From Myxococcota bacterium (GTDB lineage: Bacteria > Myxococcota_A > UBA9160 > UBA6930): DNA of 64,000 bases. Position 1 is the stretch's first letter; each line of letters starts with the position of its first letter. Both the position numbers and the translations under genes were made by a program. The stretch spans positions 4,416,001 through 4,480,000 of the forward strand of contig OZ245002.1 in the NCBI GenBank assembly GCA_965223415.1. Direction: 5' to 3'. The notes under the pieces were generated by a model. The model saw only the letters and a list, made by a program, of their open reading frames with translations, did no database searches and was not told where the DNA came from. Shown piece after piece: positions 1 through 8,845 of the stretch.

Positions 1-177
1 GCAGCGACGCCTGCCCGCCGCTGCACGGCGCCGCCCGACCGGGTCGGCCCGTGCGGCGCCGGCCGCCTACGTCGGGGCTGGGAGCGACACACGAGCCCGC
101 GGCGATCGCGTTCGCGTCGCGCGGAGGCGGAAGGCGCCTCGCGCTTCACGCCCCCGCGGACGCCGGTCCGCGGGCCG

Positions 178-217
178 AAAACGCAAGATGCAAGGAACGT
201 CCCCGGTCTTGCGTTTT
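178..217. terminator. Inverted repeat after LysM gene (terminator or REP-like element)
   Basis: AAAACGCAAGA (178-188) / TCTTGCGTTTT (207-217), perfect 11-bp IR enclosing GAACGTCCCC. Confidence 0.5.
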
Positions 218-219
218 GG

Positions 220-678
220 CTAGGGGGCGGGGAGGAGGAGGCGCTGGCCGGGGACGAGGCGGTCGGGGTCGTCGATGCGGTCCCGGTTGGCTTCGAGGAT
301 GCGCTCGGCGTCGGCGGCGGAGCCGTAGTGGTCGCGGGCGATCTGGACGAGCCAGTCGCCCTCGCGGACGGTGTAGTGGCGAGGAGACTCGGACGTCGTG
401 GTCGTGGCGGTGTGGTAGGTGGGGTCCGGGTCCTCGGGCTCGGCCCGTTCCTCGCGGTCGAGGGTCTCCGGGGGCGCCGCCTCCATGGCGATCGGCTCCT
501 CGGCCTCGGTCTCCTCGTCGGCGGGCTCGCCGATCTCCACGAGCAGCACGTCCCGGCGCTCTGCGGGAGGAGCCGCGACGTCGGGCGGGGGAAGGGCGGC
601 CGGTGGCGCGCTGGGCTCGGCACCGCATGCCCAGCTCGAAGCGAAGAGTGCCACCGCCGCCAACCACGCCGATCGCAA
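220..678 (-). CDS. LysM peptidoglycan-binding (lipo)protein
   Basis: Signal peptide ending WAC, acidic/Pro linker, C-terminal LysM pattern YTVREGDWLVQIARDHYG...ILEANRDRIDDPDRLVPGQRLLLP. Confidence 0.85.
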   Translation of the reverse strand: MRSAWLAAVALFASSWACGAEPSAPPAALPPPDVAAPPAERRDVLLVEIGEPADEETEAEEPIAMEAAPPETLDREERAEPEDPDPTYHTATTTTSESPRHYTVREGDWLVQIARDHYGSAADAERILEANRDRIDDPDRLVPGQRLLLPAP

Positions 679-732
679 GCTCTCCCCTCCACGCCAAGGG
701 CCAGCGCGTCGGAGCGTCCAGTCAGCGATGCG

Positions 733-3700
733 CTAGCGCCGCTTCCGCCAGAACGAATGGAAGCGGCCGCAATCGAGCTTACCCAGGGGAGCACCCAAAT
801 CGGTGACGCCGCGCACATCCACCAGCTCCTGGCCCTCGAAGCAGCGGTCGACGCTGCCGTCGCGGGTCGAGTCCTCGCACTGCAGGGTTACGGCCCCGCC
901 GGAGACGTACTGGATGACGTCGGCCTTGCCGTCGGCGTCCGTGTCGATCTCGTTGCGGGCCACCTGACCGCCCTCGAAGATCTGGCGGATCTCACCCTGG
1001 CCGTTGCCGTTCTGGTCGATCAGGCCCTCCACGACGACGCCGCCGGCGAGGCGGTAGCGGATGTCCAGGCTGCGGTTGCCGTCGCTGTCGACGCACTGGC
1101 TGCGCGCCGCGCCGCCCGGCTCGAGGAAGACCTTCACGTCGGGACGCTTCTTCCCCTCACTCACCAGCTCCTGGTGGGTGGCGACGCCGTTGGGGCCGAA
1201 ACGGCTCAGCACGGTCGCGTGGCCGGCCTTCCGCTGGTCCATGGCCTGCCAGGTCATGACGCCGTTCTCCTGGTGGGACCAGAGATCGAACTTGCAGTCG
1301 CCGTCCTGGTCGACGGCCTGGTCGCTCAGATCGCCGTTGCGGTCGTACTGCTCCTCCAGATCGAAGCAGCCCCGCAGCTCGCGATCCTGGCGCACGAGAC
1401 GCGGCTTGCCGTTCGGGCCGAACTCCGTGAGGGCGTCCTTCTTCCCGTCGTGGTTCCGGTCTTCCTCCTGCCGGACGACGACACCCTCCGCGTCCGTCGT
1501 CACCCACAGGTCCGGCCGGCCGTCCCCGTTGCGATCCTGGGTCTGTTGCTGCGTGCCCCCCTCTCCGAGGGCCACCTGGATCTCGAACACGCCGTCGAAG
1601 TCGTCGTCCTGCTCGACGAAGGCGGGCTCGCCGTTCTCGAAGCGGGTGCGCACGTCTGGCTGGCCGTCGCCGTTGCGGTCGCGCTCGCTGCGCACCGGCA
1701 CGCCGCCCTCTAGGAAGGTGCGGGTCTCCCGGCTTCCGTCGCCGTCGCCGTCTTCCAGGATCTCGGCGGGCTCCTCGTCCGGTCCGAAGGTCGTCTCGAC
1801 GTCGATCTGGCCGTCGAAGTTCCGGTCCTCCCGCTGGACGTGCTTTCGCCCCTCCCGGTAGGCAATCAACACGTCGGGCTTGCCGTCGCCGTTGCCGTCG
1901 CGCTCGGAGCGGGTGGGCTTGCCGCCCTCGAGCCAGGTGGTGAGCTCGAAGCTTCCGTCGAAGTCGCCGTCCTGCTCCTCGCGGGAGGCGGTGCCGTTCT
2001 CGTAGTGGCGCCGCAGGTCCGGCTGGCCGTCGGCGTTGCTGTCGACCTCGTCGCGCACGGGCGCCTCGTCGGTGCCGTAGAAGACGATCTGGTCCACCCG
2101 GCCGTCGCCGGTCGTGTCCTTCTCCTGGCGGGTGCGCCGCCCGGCCCCGAACAGGAGGAAAGTGTCCTTCTTCCCGCTGGCATTCGTGTCCAGCTCCTGC
2201 CGGACCATCTCGCCCCCTTCGAAGAGGGAGAGAACGTCTGGCTGGCCGTCGCCGGTGGTGTCCCGGCGCTCGCGGACCTTCTGGCCGTTCTCGTACTCGA
2301 CCTGGACGTCGAAGCCCCCGCCATCGCCGGTGGCGCGCTGCTCGGCCACCACCTGACCCTCTGCGTCGAGGCTGCCCTTCACGTCCGGCTTGCCGTCGAA
2401 GTCCGTGTCCTCCTGGAAGCGGACGGCCCTGCCCGCTTCGTAGAAGACGACCCGGTCCGCGTCTCCGTCTGCGTTCTTGTCCTCCTCGAGCCGCTCCGTC
2501 GCACCGCCGGCGCCCTTCGTCACCCAACGGTCCACCTTGCCGTCGGCGTCCGTGTCCTCGAGGAGCCGGCGCTCCTCCCCGGTGACGACGTCGAGGGTGA
2601 CGAACTTGTCCGGCTGGCCGCTTCCGTCCGTGTCCTGCTCCTGCTTCTCGAGCCGGCCCTCCGGGTCGTAGAAATTGCGCAGCTCGAAGCCGCCGTCACC
2701 GTCCTCGTCGAGGTCGACCCGCAGGAGCCGGCCCTCGCCGTGGAGCTCGATGCGGTCCGGGCGGCCGCGGCCGGCCCGGTCGATCTCCGTGCGCGCGAGC
2801 TGGCCCTGCTCGTAGCGGCTCTGGGCCTCGAAGCGGCCGTCGAAGTCCGCATCCCGTCGCGTGCGCAGCAGCGCCTCGCCGTCCGGCGCGTACTCGAACT
2901 CGGCGTCGATCTTCCCGTCGTCGTTCTGGTCTTCCTTCTGGACGGAACGCTTGCCGGCCTGGAACTCGACGAAGGTGTCGCGGCGGCCGTCCCGGTTCGA
3001 GTCCGCCTCGGTTTTCAGGATCATGTCGCCGGCGAACCAGGTCTCGAGGTCGACCTGGCCGTCGTCGTCCTGGTCTTCCTCTTCCCGGGCTTTCTGGCCG
3101 TTCTCGTAGTGGCGGGCCAGGTCGATGCGGCCGTCGTCGTCCGGATCGAAGCGCTCCTGCTCCCGGTCGCCGTTCGGGCGGTAGAGCACCACGGCTTCCG
3201 GCGTCCCGTCCCGGTCCTCGTCCTTCACCTGGCGCCGCTCGCGGCCGTCCTCGTAGCTCGACTCGGTATCGAAGCGGCCGTCGTCGGTGGTGTCGGCCCG
3301 CCGGGCGACGATCTTGTCGTTCTCGTAGTCGGTGACCACGTCCACCTTGCCCGAGTGGTTCGTGTCCTCCTCGACCCGGGCCTTCCGGCCGTTCCGGAAG
3401 CGGATGGTGACGTCGAAGCGGCCGTTTCCGTTCGTGTCCTGGAGCTCCAGGGTCTTGGTGCCGTCGGGCTCGTACTCGGCGCGGAACTCGGGCTTGCGGT
3501 CCCCGTCCTCGTCTTCCTCGACGATGGCCGGCTCGCCGCCGGCGTAGGTGACGCGCCGCTCGATCGTGCCGTCGAAGTCCGGATCCTCCTCCTTGCGGAC
3601 GGGCACGCCGTTTTCGTAGAAGAGGGTGGCGTCGGTCTTGCCGTCGAAGTTGTGGTCGTCCCGCTGCTGGGCCGGCTTGCCGTTCTGGAAGTCGATCCAC

Positions 3701-4011
3701 TGGTCCTTGCGGCCGTCGGCATTGGTGTCCCGCTCCTGGAGCTTCGGCTGGCCCTCGCCCTCGAAGGCGATCCAGGTATCGACCTTTCCGTCGAAGGTGG
3801 TGTCCTGCTCGGCCTTCACCGGCTGGCCGCCCTGGTACTCGACGAACTCGTCGTAGCGGCCGTCCCGGTTCGTGTCGGCCTTCTTCGACTTCACCTGCTC
3901 GTTCTCGTCGAAGTCGAGCACGGTGGGGGCGCCCTGGGCCCAGGAGGCGAGGGGAAGGGCGGCGAGCGCTGTAAGAAGCAGCGCGAAGGGGGCGAGCCGG
4001 ATGCTAGTCAA
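733..4011 (-). CDS. Large secreted protein of tandem ~22-23 aa DxDxDG(x)2D repeats (putative Ca2+-binding beta-hairpin repeats)
   Basis: 1092 aa; signal peptide (ASWA|Q); recurring units such as DTNRDGRYD, DTTFDGKVD, DRNGDGQPD; TTG start overlaps stop of upstream TonB-like gene. Confidence 0.85.
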   Translation of the reverse strand: MTSIRLAPFALLLTALAALPLASWAQGAPTVLDFDENEQVKSKKADTNRDGRYDEFVEYQGGQPVKAEQDTTFDGKVDTWIAFEGEGQPKLQERDTNADGRKDQWIDFQNGKPAQQRDDHNFDGKTDATLFYENGVPVRKEEDPDFDGTIERRVTYAGGEPAIVEEDEDGDRKPEFRAEYEPDGTKTLELQDTNGNGRFDVTIRFRNGRKARVEEDTNHSGKVDVVTDYENDKIVARRADTTDDGRFDTESSYEDGRERRQVKDEDRDGTPEAVVLYRPNGDREQERFDPDDDGRIDLARHYENGQKAREEEDQDDDGQVDLETWFAGDMILKTEADSNRDGRRDTFVEFQAGKRSVQKEDQNDDGKIDAEFEYAPDGEALLRTRRDADFDGRFEAQSRYEQGQLARTEIDRAGRGRPDRIELHGEGRLLRVDLDEDGDGGFELRNFYDPEGRLEKQEQDTDGSGQPDKFVTLDVVTGEERRLLEDTDADGKVDRWVTKGAGGATERLEEDKNADGDADRVVFYEAGRAVRFQEDTDFDGKPDVKGSLDAEGQVVAEQRATGDGGGFDVQVEYENGQKVRERRDTTGDGQPDVLSLFEGGEMVRQELDTNASGKKDTFLLFGAGRRTRQEKDTTGDGRVDQIVFYGTDEAPVRDEVDSNADGQPDLRRHYENGTASREEQDGDFDGSFELTTWLEGGKPTRSERDGNGDGKPDVLIAYREGRKHVQREDRNFDGQIDVETTFGPDEEPAEILEDGDGDGSRETRTFLEGGVPVRSERDRNGDGQPDVRTRFENGEPAFVEQDDDFDGVFEIQVALGEGGTQQQTQDRNGDGRPDLWVTTDAEGVVVRQEEDRNHDGKKDALTEFGPNGKPRLVRQDRELRGCFDLEEQYDRNGDLSDQAVDQDGDCKFDLWSHQENGVMTWQAMDQRKAGHATVLSRFGPNGVATHQELVSEGKKRPDVKVFLEPGGAARSQCVDSDGNRSLDIRYRLAGGVVVEGLIDQNGNGQGEIRQIFEGGQVARNEIDTDADGKADVIQYVSGGAVTLQCEDSTRDGSVDRCFEGQELVDVRGVTDLGAPLGKLDCGRFHSFWRKRR

Positions 4012-5131
4012 GGGTGTTGGTGAAGCTGCCGAACAGGTTGTGGTTCGCGAGGCAGCGCACCTGCGGCCCCATGTGGCTGAAGGGCGAGGCCGCCAGGAGC
4101 GCCTCGACCGCCGCCTTGCCCGCCGCCGGATCCGAGCCCGAGTCCACCACCGACACGCCGCTGGCGGAGCCGGCGGGATCGATGCGGAAGCGGAGCTTTG
4201 CGGTGGACGTGCGCACGCCCTCCGGCAGGATCCAGCGGGAGAGCGTCCTGTCCTTCACCCGGGCGAGGTAGGCGTTCACCTCGGGCCGGGCCAGGCAGGC
4301 GTCGAAGCTGACGGCCCCCGGGCCCCGGCCGTCCCCGCCGACGCCGGCGCCGCCCATCCTGCCGAGGTTCATGTTCGGGTTGGCGACGACGCCCTGGTCC
4401 GCCCCGAACACGTCCCGGCTCGACGCGATGCCCTGGCGGACGCTCGAGCCGCTGCCGAGAGAGTTCGGACCGGCGGTGCCGATCGTGTTGCCCGAGGGCA
4501 CCACCTGACGCGGGCCGCTCACCACGCCGACCGGCGCCTGGTGCTGGATCGGCCCGGCCAAGGCCGGGCCCTGGTAGTTGGGGACGACCGGGGCCGTGGT
4601 CGCACTCGCCACCGAGGCGACGCGGCCCGTCGTCTCGACGGTGACGGAGCGGAAGTCGACCTGGGTCGGCGCGACGGTGGGCGCCACGACCGCGGTGTCG
4701 ATCCGGGCCGCTTCGACGGGCTGGGCGAAGTCCTGGATGACCGTCGGGTTCACGATCTGCGGGGCCATCGCCATGGGCGCCGGATCGAAGGCGGCCAGGC
4801 TCTCGGCGATGGCGGTGGGCGCCGGCGCGGGCTCCTCCTCGCTGGCCACCTCCTCCGGGAGGATCAGCTCGATGATCTTCTCCTTCTCCTCCTCCGGGAT
4901 CTGGCTGGCGATAAAGAGAAGCAGGGCGATGGCGCCGCCGTGGACCAGGAGCGAGATGCCGCTCGTGACCCAGGCCCGCCCGCCGCCTTCGGGATCCGGC
5001 ATCTCCGAGCCGGGGAACGGGATCGCCTCGCCGGAGGAGGCGCCGCCGTGGGCGCCCACGGCGCCGATGCGCCGGGTCCGCATCGGGTGGTTGCGCTTCG
5101 GGCGCAGGCTGACGACGAATCCAGCGGTCAT
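4004..5131 (-). CDS. TonB/TolA-like energy transducer
   Basis: One N-terminal TM with S..VH (SLLVHGGAIALL), Pro/Ala/Gly-rich linker, TonB_C-like C-terminus (LRFRIDPAGSASGVSVVDS...AAVEALLAASPF); ATG 5131 after GGGGAG. Confidence 0.8.
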   Translation of the reverse strand: MTAGFVVSLRPKRNHPMRTRRIGAVGAHGGASSGEAIPFPGSEMPDPEGGGRAWVTSGISLLVHGGAIALLLFIASQIPEEEKEKIIELILPEEVASEEEPAPAPTAIAESLAAFDPAPMAMAPQIVNPTVIQDFAQPVEAARIDTAVVAPTVAPTQVDFRSVTVETTGRVASVASATTAPVVPNYQGPALAGPIQHQAPVGVVSGPRQVVPSGNTIGTAGPNSLGSGSSVRQGIASSRDVFGADQGVVANPNMNLGRMGGAGVGGDGRGPGAVSFDACLARPEVNAYLARVKDRTLSRWILPEGVRTSTAKLRFRIDPAGSASGVSVVDSGSDPAAGKAAVEALLAASPFSHMGPQVRCLANHNLFGSFTNTLD

Positions 5132-5419
5132 CGGGCGCTCCCCCTGCTTCGAAGGCTCGGAACCCGCCTGGGGGCGCGCGGTTCGGAGCTTCGGGGTGCG
5201 TTCGGCCGGCCGGGCGCAGACGCCCGCAGGGAGCCCTTCATAACGTGGCAAGAAAGACGCAACTTACCGGCACCATTGTGGATTTTCCGACCCCGGAGCG
5301 ATCCTATGGGAGCCACCCGGGGGTGTCAACGAGGCACTCACCTCTGTAAGGTAGGTCGACTTCGAGGCCCGGTTGGTGTCGGTGGGTCCACACCGGGCAG
5401 GGGGAACGAGCCCGTGAAC

Positions 5420-6097
5420 ATGGAACTCAACGAGCTCCTGGAGCTCCTGCACCAGGGCCGGCTCACGGTGTACCCGCTCGGGGTGCTCTCGGTGATCGTC
5501 TTCGGCATCGCCATCGAGCGCTTCTGGAAGTACCGCGGGCTCGACCGCGCGACGCGGGATCTGACCCGGAAGCTGGTCGACACGCTCGTGCGTCACGACC
5601 TCTCCGCGGCCCGCACCCTGTGCGAGGCCTCGAGCACGCCCATGTCGGAGGTGTTCGGCGAGGGCCTGCGCTGGCGCAACATCGCGTTGGAGGATCTCCA
5701 CGAGGTGCTCGCCACCGCCCGCAACGAGGTGGTGACCGAGCTCCGGCGGGGGCTCTGGTTCATCGGCACGATCGGCTCCCTGGCGCCCTACATCGGGCTG
5801 CTCGGGACCGTGGTGGGCATCATGGTCGCCTTCGGCGCCATCGCCGAGAGCGGCGACGCCGGCTTCGAGGTGGTCTCCGCGGGCATCTCCGAGGCGCTGA
5901 TCGCCACGGCGGTGGGCCTGCTCGTGGCGATCGTGTCCCTGGCGCTCTTCAACTTCCTGCAGGTGCGGGTCAACACCATTGCGTCGACCTTCTCCCGGGC
6001 CAGCGAGCGCTTCGTCCAGGCGCTCCTGTTCGTGGAAGCCGGCACCGAAGGTGACAAGGAGGCGTCCCATGGCGAACTCAGTCCCGCACGAGGGTGA
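5420..6097 (+). CDS. exbB: MotA/TolQ/ExbB proton channel protein
   Basis: APYIGLLGTVVGIM...GISEALIATAVGL motifs; start ATG 5420 or GTG 5414. Confidence 0.9.
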   Translation: MELNELLELLHQGRLTVYPLGVLSVIVFGIAIERFWKYRGLDRATRDLTRKLVDTLVRHDLSAARTLCEASSTPMSEVFGEGLRWRNIALEDLHEVLATARNEVVTELRRGLWFIGTIGSLAPYIGLLGTVVGIMVAFGAIAESGDAGFEVVSAGISEALIATAVGLLVAIVSLALFNFLQVRVNTIASTFSRASERFVQALLFVEAGTEGDKEASHGELSPARG

Positions 6098-6494
6098 CGA
6101 CGCCGGCGGCATCGTCGCCGAGATCAACATCACGCCCCTCACCGATGTCTTCCTCGTCCTGCTGATCATCTTCATGGTCACGTCGTCGGTCATCGCGAAC
6201 ACCGGCAAGAACGTGAACCTGCCCGAGGCGGTGGAGAGCTCCCAGACGCCCAAGCAGGCCGTGAACGTGACGATCACCGAGGGCGGCGAGGTCCAGATCA
6301 ACGGCGCCGATGTGGCCTACGACAACCTCTTCGCCCACCTGAAGGCCGCCCTCGACGCCGCCGAGCAGAAGACCGTGATCCTCCGTGGCGACCGCAAGAT
6401 CTACCTCGAGAGAGCGGTCCACGTCCTCGACCAGGCCCAGCTCGCCGGCGCCGAGGGCTTCGCCCTCGCCACCAAGAGACCCGGCAAGAACTGA
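6069..6494 (+). CDS. exbD: ExbD/TolR biopolymer transport protein
   Basis: EINITPLTDVFLVLLIIFMV motif, VILRGD. Confidence 0.9.
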   Translation: MANSVPHEGDDAGGIVAEINITPLTDVFLVLLIIFMVTSSVIANTGKNVNLPEAVESSQTPKQAVNVTITEGGEVQINGADVAYDNLFAHLKAALDAAEQKTVILRGDRKIYLERAVHVLDQAQLAGAEGFALATKRPGKN

Positions 6495-6512
6495 ACGTCC
6501 CCCCAGTTGCGT

Positions 6513-8051
6513 TCAGCGGCTGCGGGACCAGAGCAGGGCGGCGGCGATGAGCAGGAGCTCGGGGAGGAGCAGCCCCAGGCTCTGGTACATCGTGAGCGTG
6601 TTCGGCAGGGCCAGGGGGAACTGGGACTTGCCGGAGATGCCTTCCTTGGGGCGGATCGTGAGGTGGGGCGTCCGCTCGGCGGCCCAGTGGACGGCGTTGA
6701 GCACGAGATCGAGGTTGTAGAGGGAGCGCAGGTAGTGGTTGGAGGCGAGGTCGGCATCGCCGAAGGCCACGATGCGGGTCTCGCCGGCTTCGCGCGGGTA
6801 GGCGCCGGCGACGACGAGGGGCCAGTAGTCGCGGTCGACGTCCGGGGGCGGAGTGGGCGCGGTGTTCGACCGCACGGCGGCGGCCTCGGGGACGATCCAC
6901 GAGCGCGGGCTCGCGAAGGCGACGCCGCGGATCTTGTCACCGATCTGCGGCTTGCGCAGGCGGAAGCTGCGCACGCCCTTGAAGAAGGTCATGCGGTTCG
7001 GTCCCAGGCCCTGGCCGACGGGATGGGAGGGGCTGTAGCTGTAGGAGAGGGGCGCCAGCCCCTTCGCCAGGCCCTCCAGCTCGCCGGACGCCGGGTCCAC
7101 GACCGCCCCGGGAAGCGGCTCGAGGCCCCACTCGGCGAGCACCGCCTCCAGGCCGGTGTCCGAGCCGGGCTCGACCATCGCGACCAGGCGCCCTCCGCCC
7201 GCCAGGTAGCGGCGCAGGGCGGCGCCGGCTCCCTCGGCCAGGCCGCGCTCTGGCCGCACCCACAGGACGACGTCCGCGTCGGACGGGATCTCCGCCGTTG
7301 CCGCGCTCACGAACTCGCGCACCTCGTATCCCTCGGTCTGGAGGGCGGCAGTGAGCCCCGAGAACCCCGTGTCTCCCGACGCGCTGAAGTCTCCCTCGCC
7401 CGCGCCCCGGGCCACGTAGACCGTGCCGCTCTGGAGCTGGCGCAGGCGGAAGAGGGCCTCGTAGAGGGCGCCCTGGGTGGGTCGCTCGACCGTCTCCCAG
7501 CTCTCCCGGCCCTCGCGCCGGAGCGTCAGGACCACGCTGTTCGAGGAGCCGATGGCGAAGCGGTCTTCGTCCTCCGGGTGGTCGTCGATGCGCCGCTCGT
7601 CGAAGCCCAGGCAGCTCGCATTGCCCAGGGTCCGCAGCAGGGAGCGGGTGGCGCGGATGCGCGGATCGAGATCGTCGTAGTAGAGGCCGGCGTGAAGCTC
7701 GCCCTGGCCGCACAGGTCGTCGAGGGCGGCTTGCAGGGCGTCCGCCACCTCGTACTTGTTCTCGAAGCTCCAATCGAGCTGCACGTCGCTGCGGGCCGCG
7801 GCCCGCTCCAGGGCGACGGCGGCCAGGAGCGCGAGGGCCACGCGCCCGAGAGCACGCAGCACGGGCCTCCGGAAGGCCGGCGCGCCGGCGCCGCGCGCCC
7901 GCAGCAGCGCCTGCACCGTCGCGACGGCGACCACGAGCCCGCCGCCCACCAGGTTCACGCGAGTGAACCAGGTGCGCTCACCGCTGCCCGCCAGGGCCGC
8001 CGCGCCGAAGGCGAGCATCACGAGCCCGCACAGGACGATGCCCCGTCTCAT
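6513..8051 (-). CDS. GldG-like ABC transporter auxiliary component
   Basis: N-terminal TMs, GAGEG, LRRYLAGGGRLVAMVEP, RIVAFGDAD, LNAVHW, C-terminal TM; follows ABC permease. Confidence 0.75.
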   Translation of the reverse strand: MRRGIVLCGLVMLAFGAAALAGSGERTWFTRVNLVGGGLVVAVATVQALLRARGAGAPAFRRPVLRALGRVALALLAAVALERAAARSDVQLDWSFENKYEVADALQAALDDLCGQGELHAGLYYDDLDPRIRATRSLLRTLGNASCLGFDERRIDDHPEDEDRFAIGSSNSVVLTLRREGRESWETVERPTQGALYEALFRLRQLQSGTVYVARGAGEGDFSASGDTGFSGLTAALQTEGYEVREFVSAATAEIPSDADVVLWVRPERGLAEGAGAALRRYLAGGGRLVAMVEPGSDTGLEAVLAEWGLEPLPGAVVDPASGELEGLAKGLAPLSYSYSPSHPVGQGLGPNRMTFFKGVRSFRLRKPQIGDKIRGVAFASPRSWIVPEAAAVRSNTAPTPPPDVDRDYWPLVVAGAYPREAGETRIVAFGDADLASNHYLRSLYNLDLVLNAVHWAAERTPHLTIRPKEGISGKSQFPLALPNTLTMYQSLGLLLPELLLIAAALLWSRSR

Positions 8052-8845
8052 CCGGCGATCCGCCGCCAGTCCAGGGCGAAACGCGCCAGGGCGTAGGCCA
8101 CGAGGGCGACGCCGACGAAGTAGACGAGGTTCGCCAGGTTGACGATGCCCTCGGCGAAGATCGAGTAGCGGGGGTGGATCGAGATGGCGTCGAAGAAGCG
8201 GGCCACGCCCTCCGCCTCGCGCAGGAACGGTGTGAGCCAGCTCCAATCCCACAGCACGAAGCCCACCGCCCAGGAGGCCACCACGGCGATGAGCTGGCTT
8301 GAGGTCCAGGCGGAGCACACCAGGCCGATCGATGCCAGGGAGATCGCCAGCAGCGTGAGCCCCATGAACACCGAGAACAGGTGCTGGAGCCCGATTCCGC
8401 CCTGGAGGATCGCGAGCGCCGGGTAGACGAAGCTCGCGAGCATGGCGACGACGACGAAGAGGTAGGTCACGGCGAACTTCCCGAGCACGATCTCGTGGTG
8501 GGAGAGCCGCGTCGTCACCAGCAGCTCGTCGGTGCCGCGCGCCCGCTCCTCGGCGAAGACGCGCATCGTGATCATGGGGATCACGGCGATCAGCGTGATG
8601 CCGAGGTTCTCCATCACCGGGAAGAAGACCGTGTCGCGCAGGTTCACGTGGTCCGGAATCGTGTCGGTCTCGAAGCCGCCCATGGTCGACGACTGGAACA
8701 GGAACAGGATCTGGTTGTAGGCGCGCAGGTGATCGAAGAAGATCAGGCCCGCCACGAGCACGACGAGGGTGAGCACCAGGTAGGCGAGGGGGGAGCCGAA
8801 CAGGACGAGGAGCTCCTTGCGCATCAGGGCGCGGAGCCGGCTCAC
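8048..8845 (-). CDS. ABC-2 permease (GldF-like)
   Basis: RKELLVLFGSPLAY, TMRVFAEERARGTDELL, IVLGKF. Confidence 0.85.
   Translation of the reverse strand: MSRLRALMRKELLVLFGSPLAYLVLTLVVLVAGLIFFDHLRAYNQILFLFQSSTMGGFETDTIPDHVNLRDTVFFPVMENLGITLIAVIPMITMRVFAEERARGTDELLVTTRLSHHEIVLGKFAVTYLFVVVAMLASFVYPALAILQGGIGLQHLFSVFMGLTLLAISLASIGLVCSAWTSSQLIAVVASWAVGFVLWDWSWLTPFLREAEGVARFFDAISIHPRYSIFAEGIVNLANLVYFVGVALVAYALARFALDWRRIAG

Noticed and set aside
1..150. Possible partial CDS at the window start
   Set aside because: No frame gives recognisable motifs or clear codon bias.
733..4011. Periodic gccgtcg-like DNA motifs resembling a CRISPR or satellite array
   Set aside because: They are codons of protein-level DxDG repeats in one ORF; no identical 25-45 bp repeats with unique spacers and no cas genes.
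5246..5261. sigma54-like GG-N10-GC motif upstream of exbB
   Set aside because: Only the dinucleotides match; the -12 element lacks TTGC.
3872..5413. Long N-terminal extensions in the ORF track (exbB; likewise serA, aroA, ilvD, radical SAM, tesB) that suggest fusions
   Set aside because: The extensions overlap other genes; real starts have an SD or -10 signal downstream.
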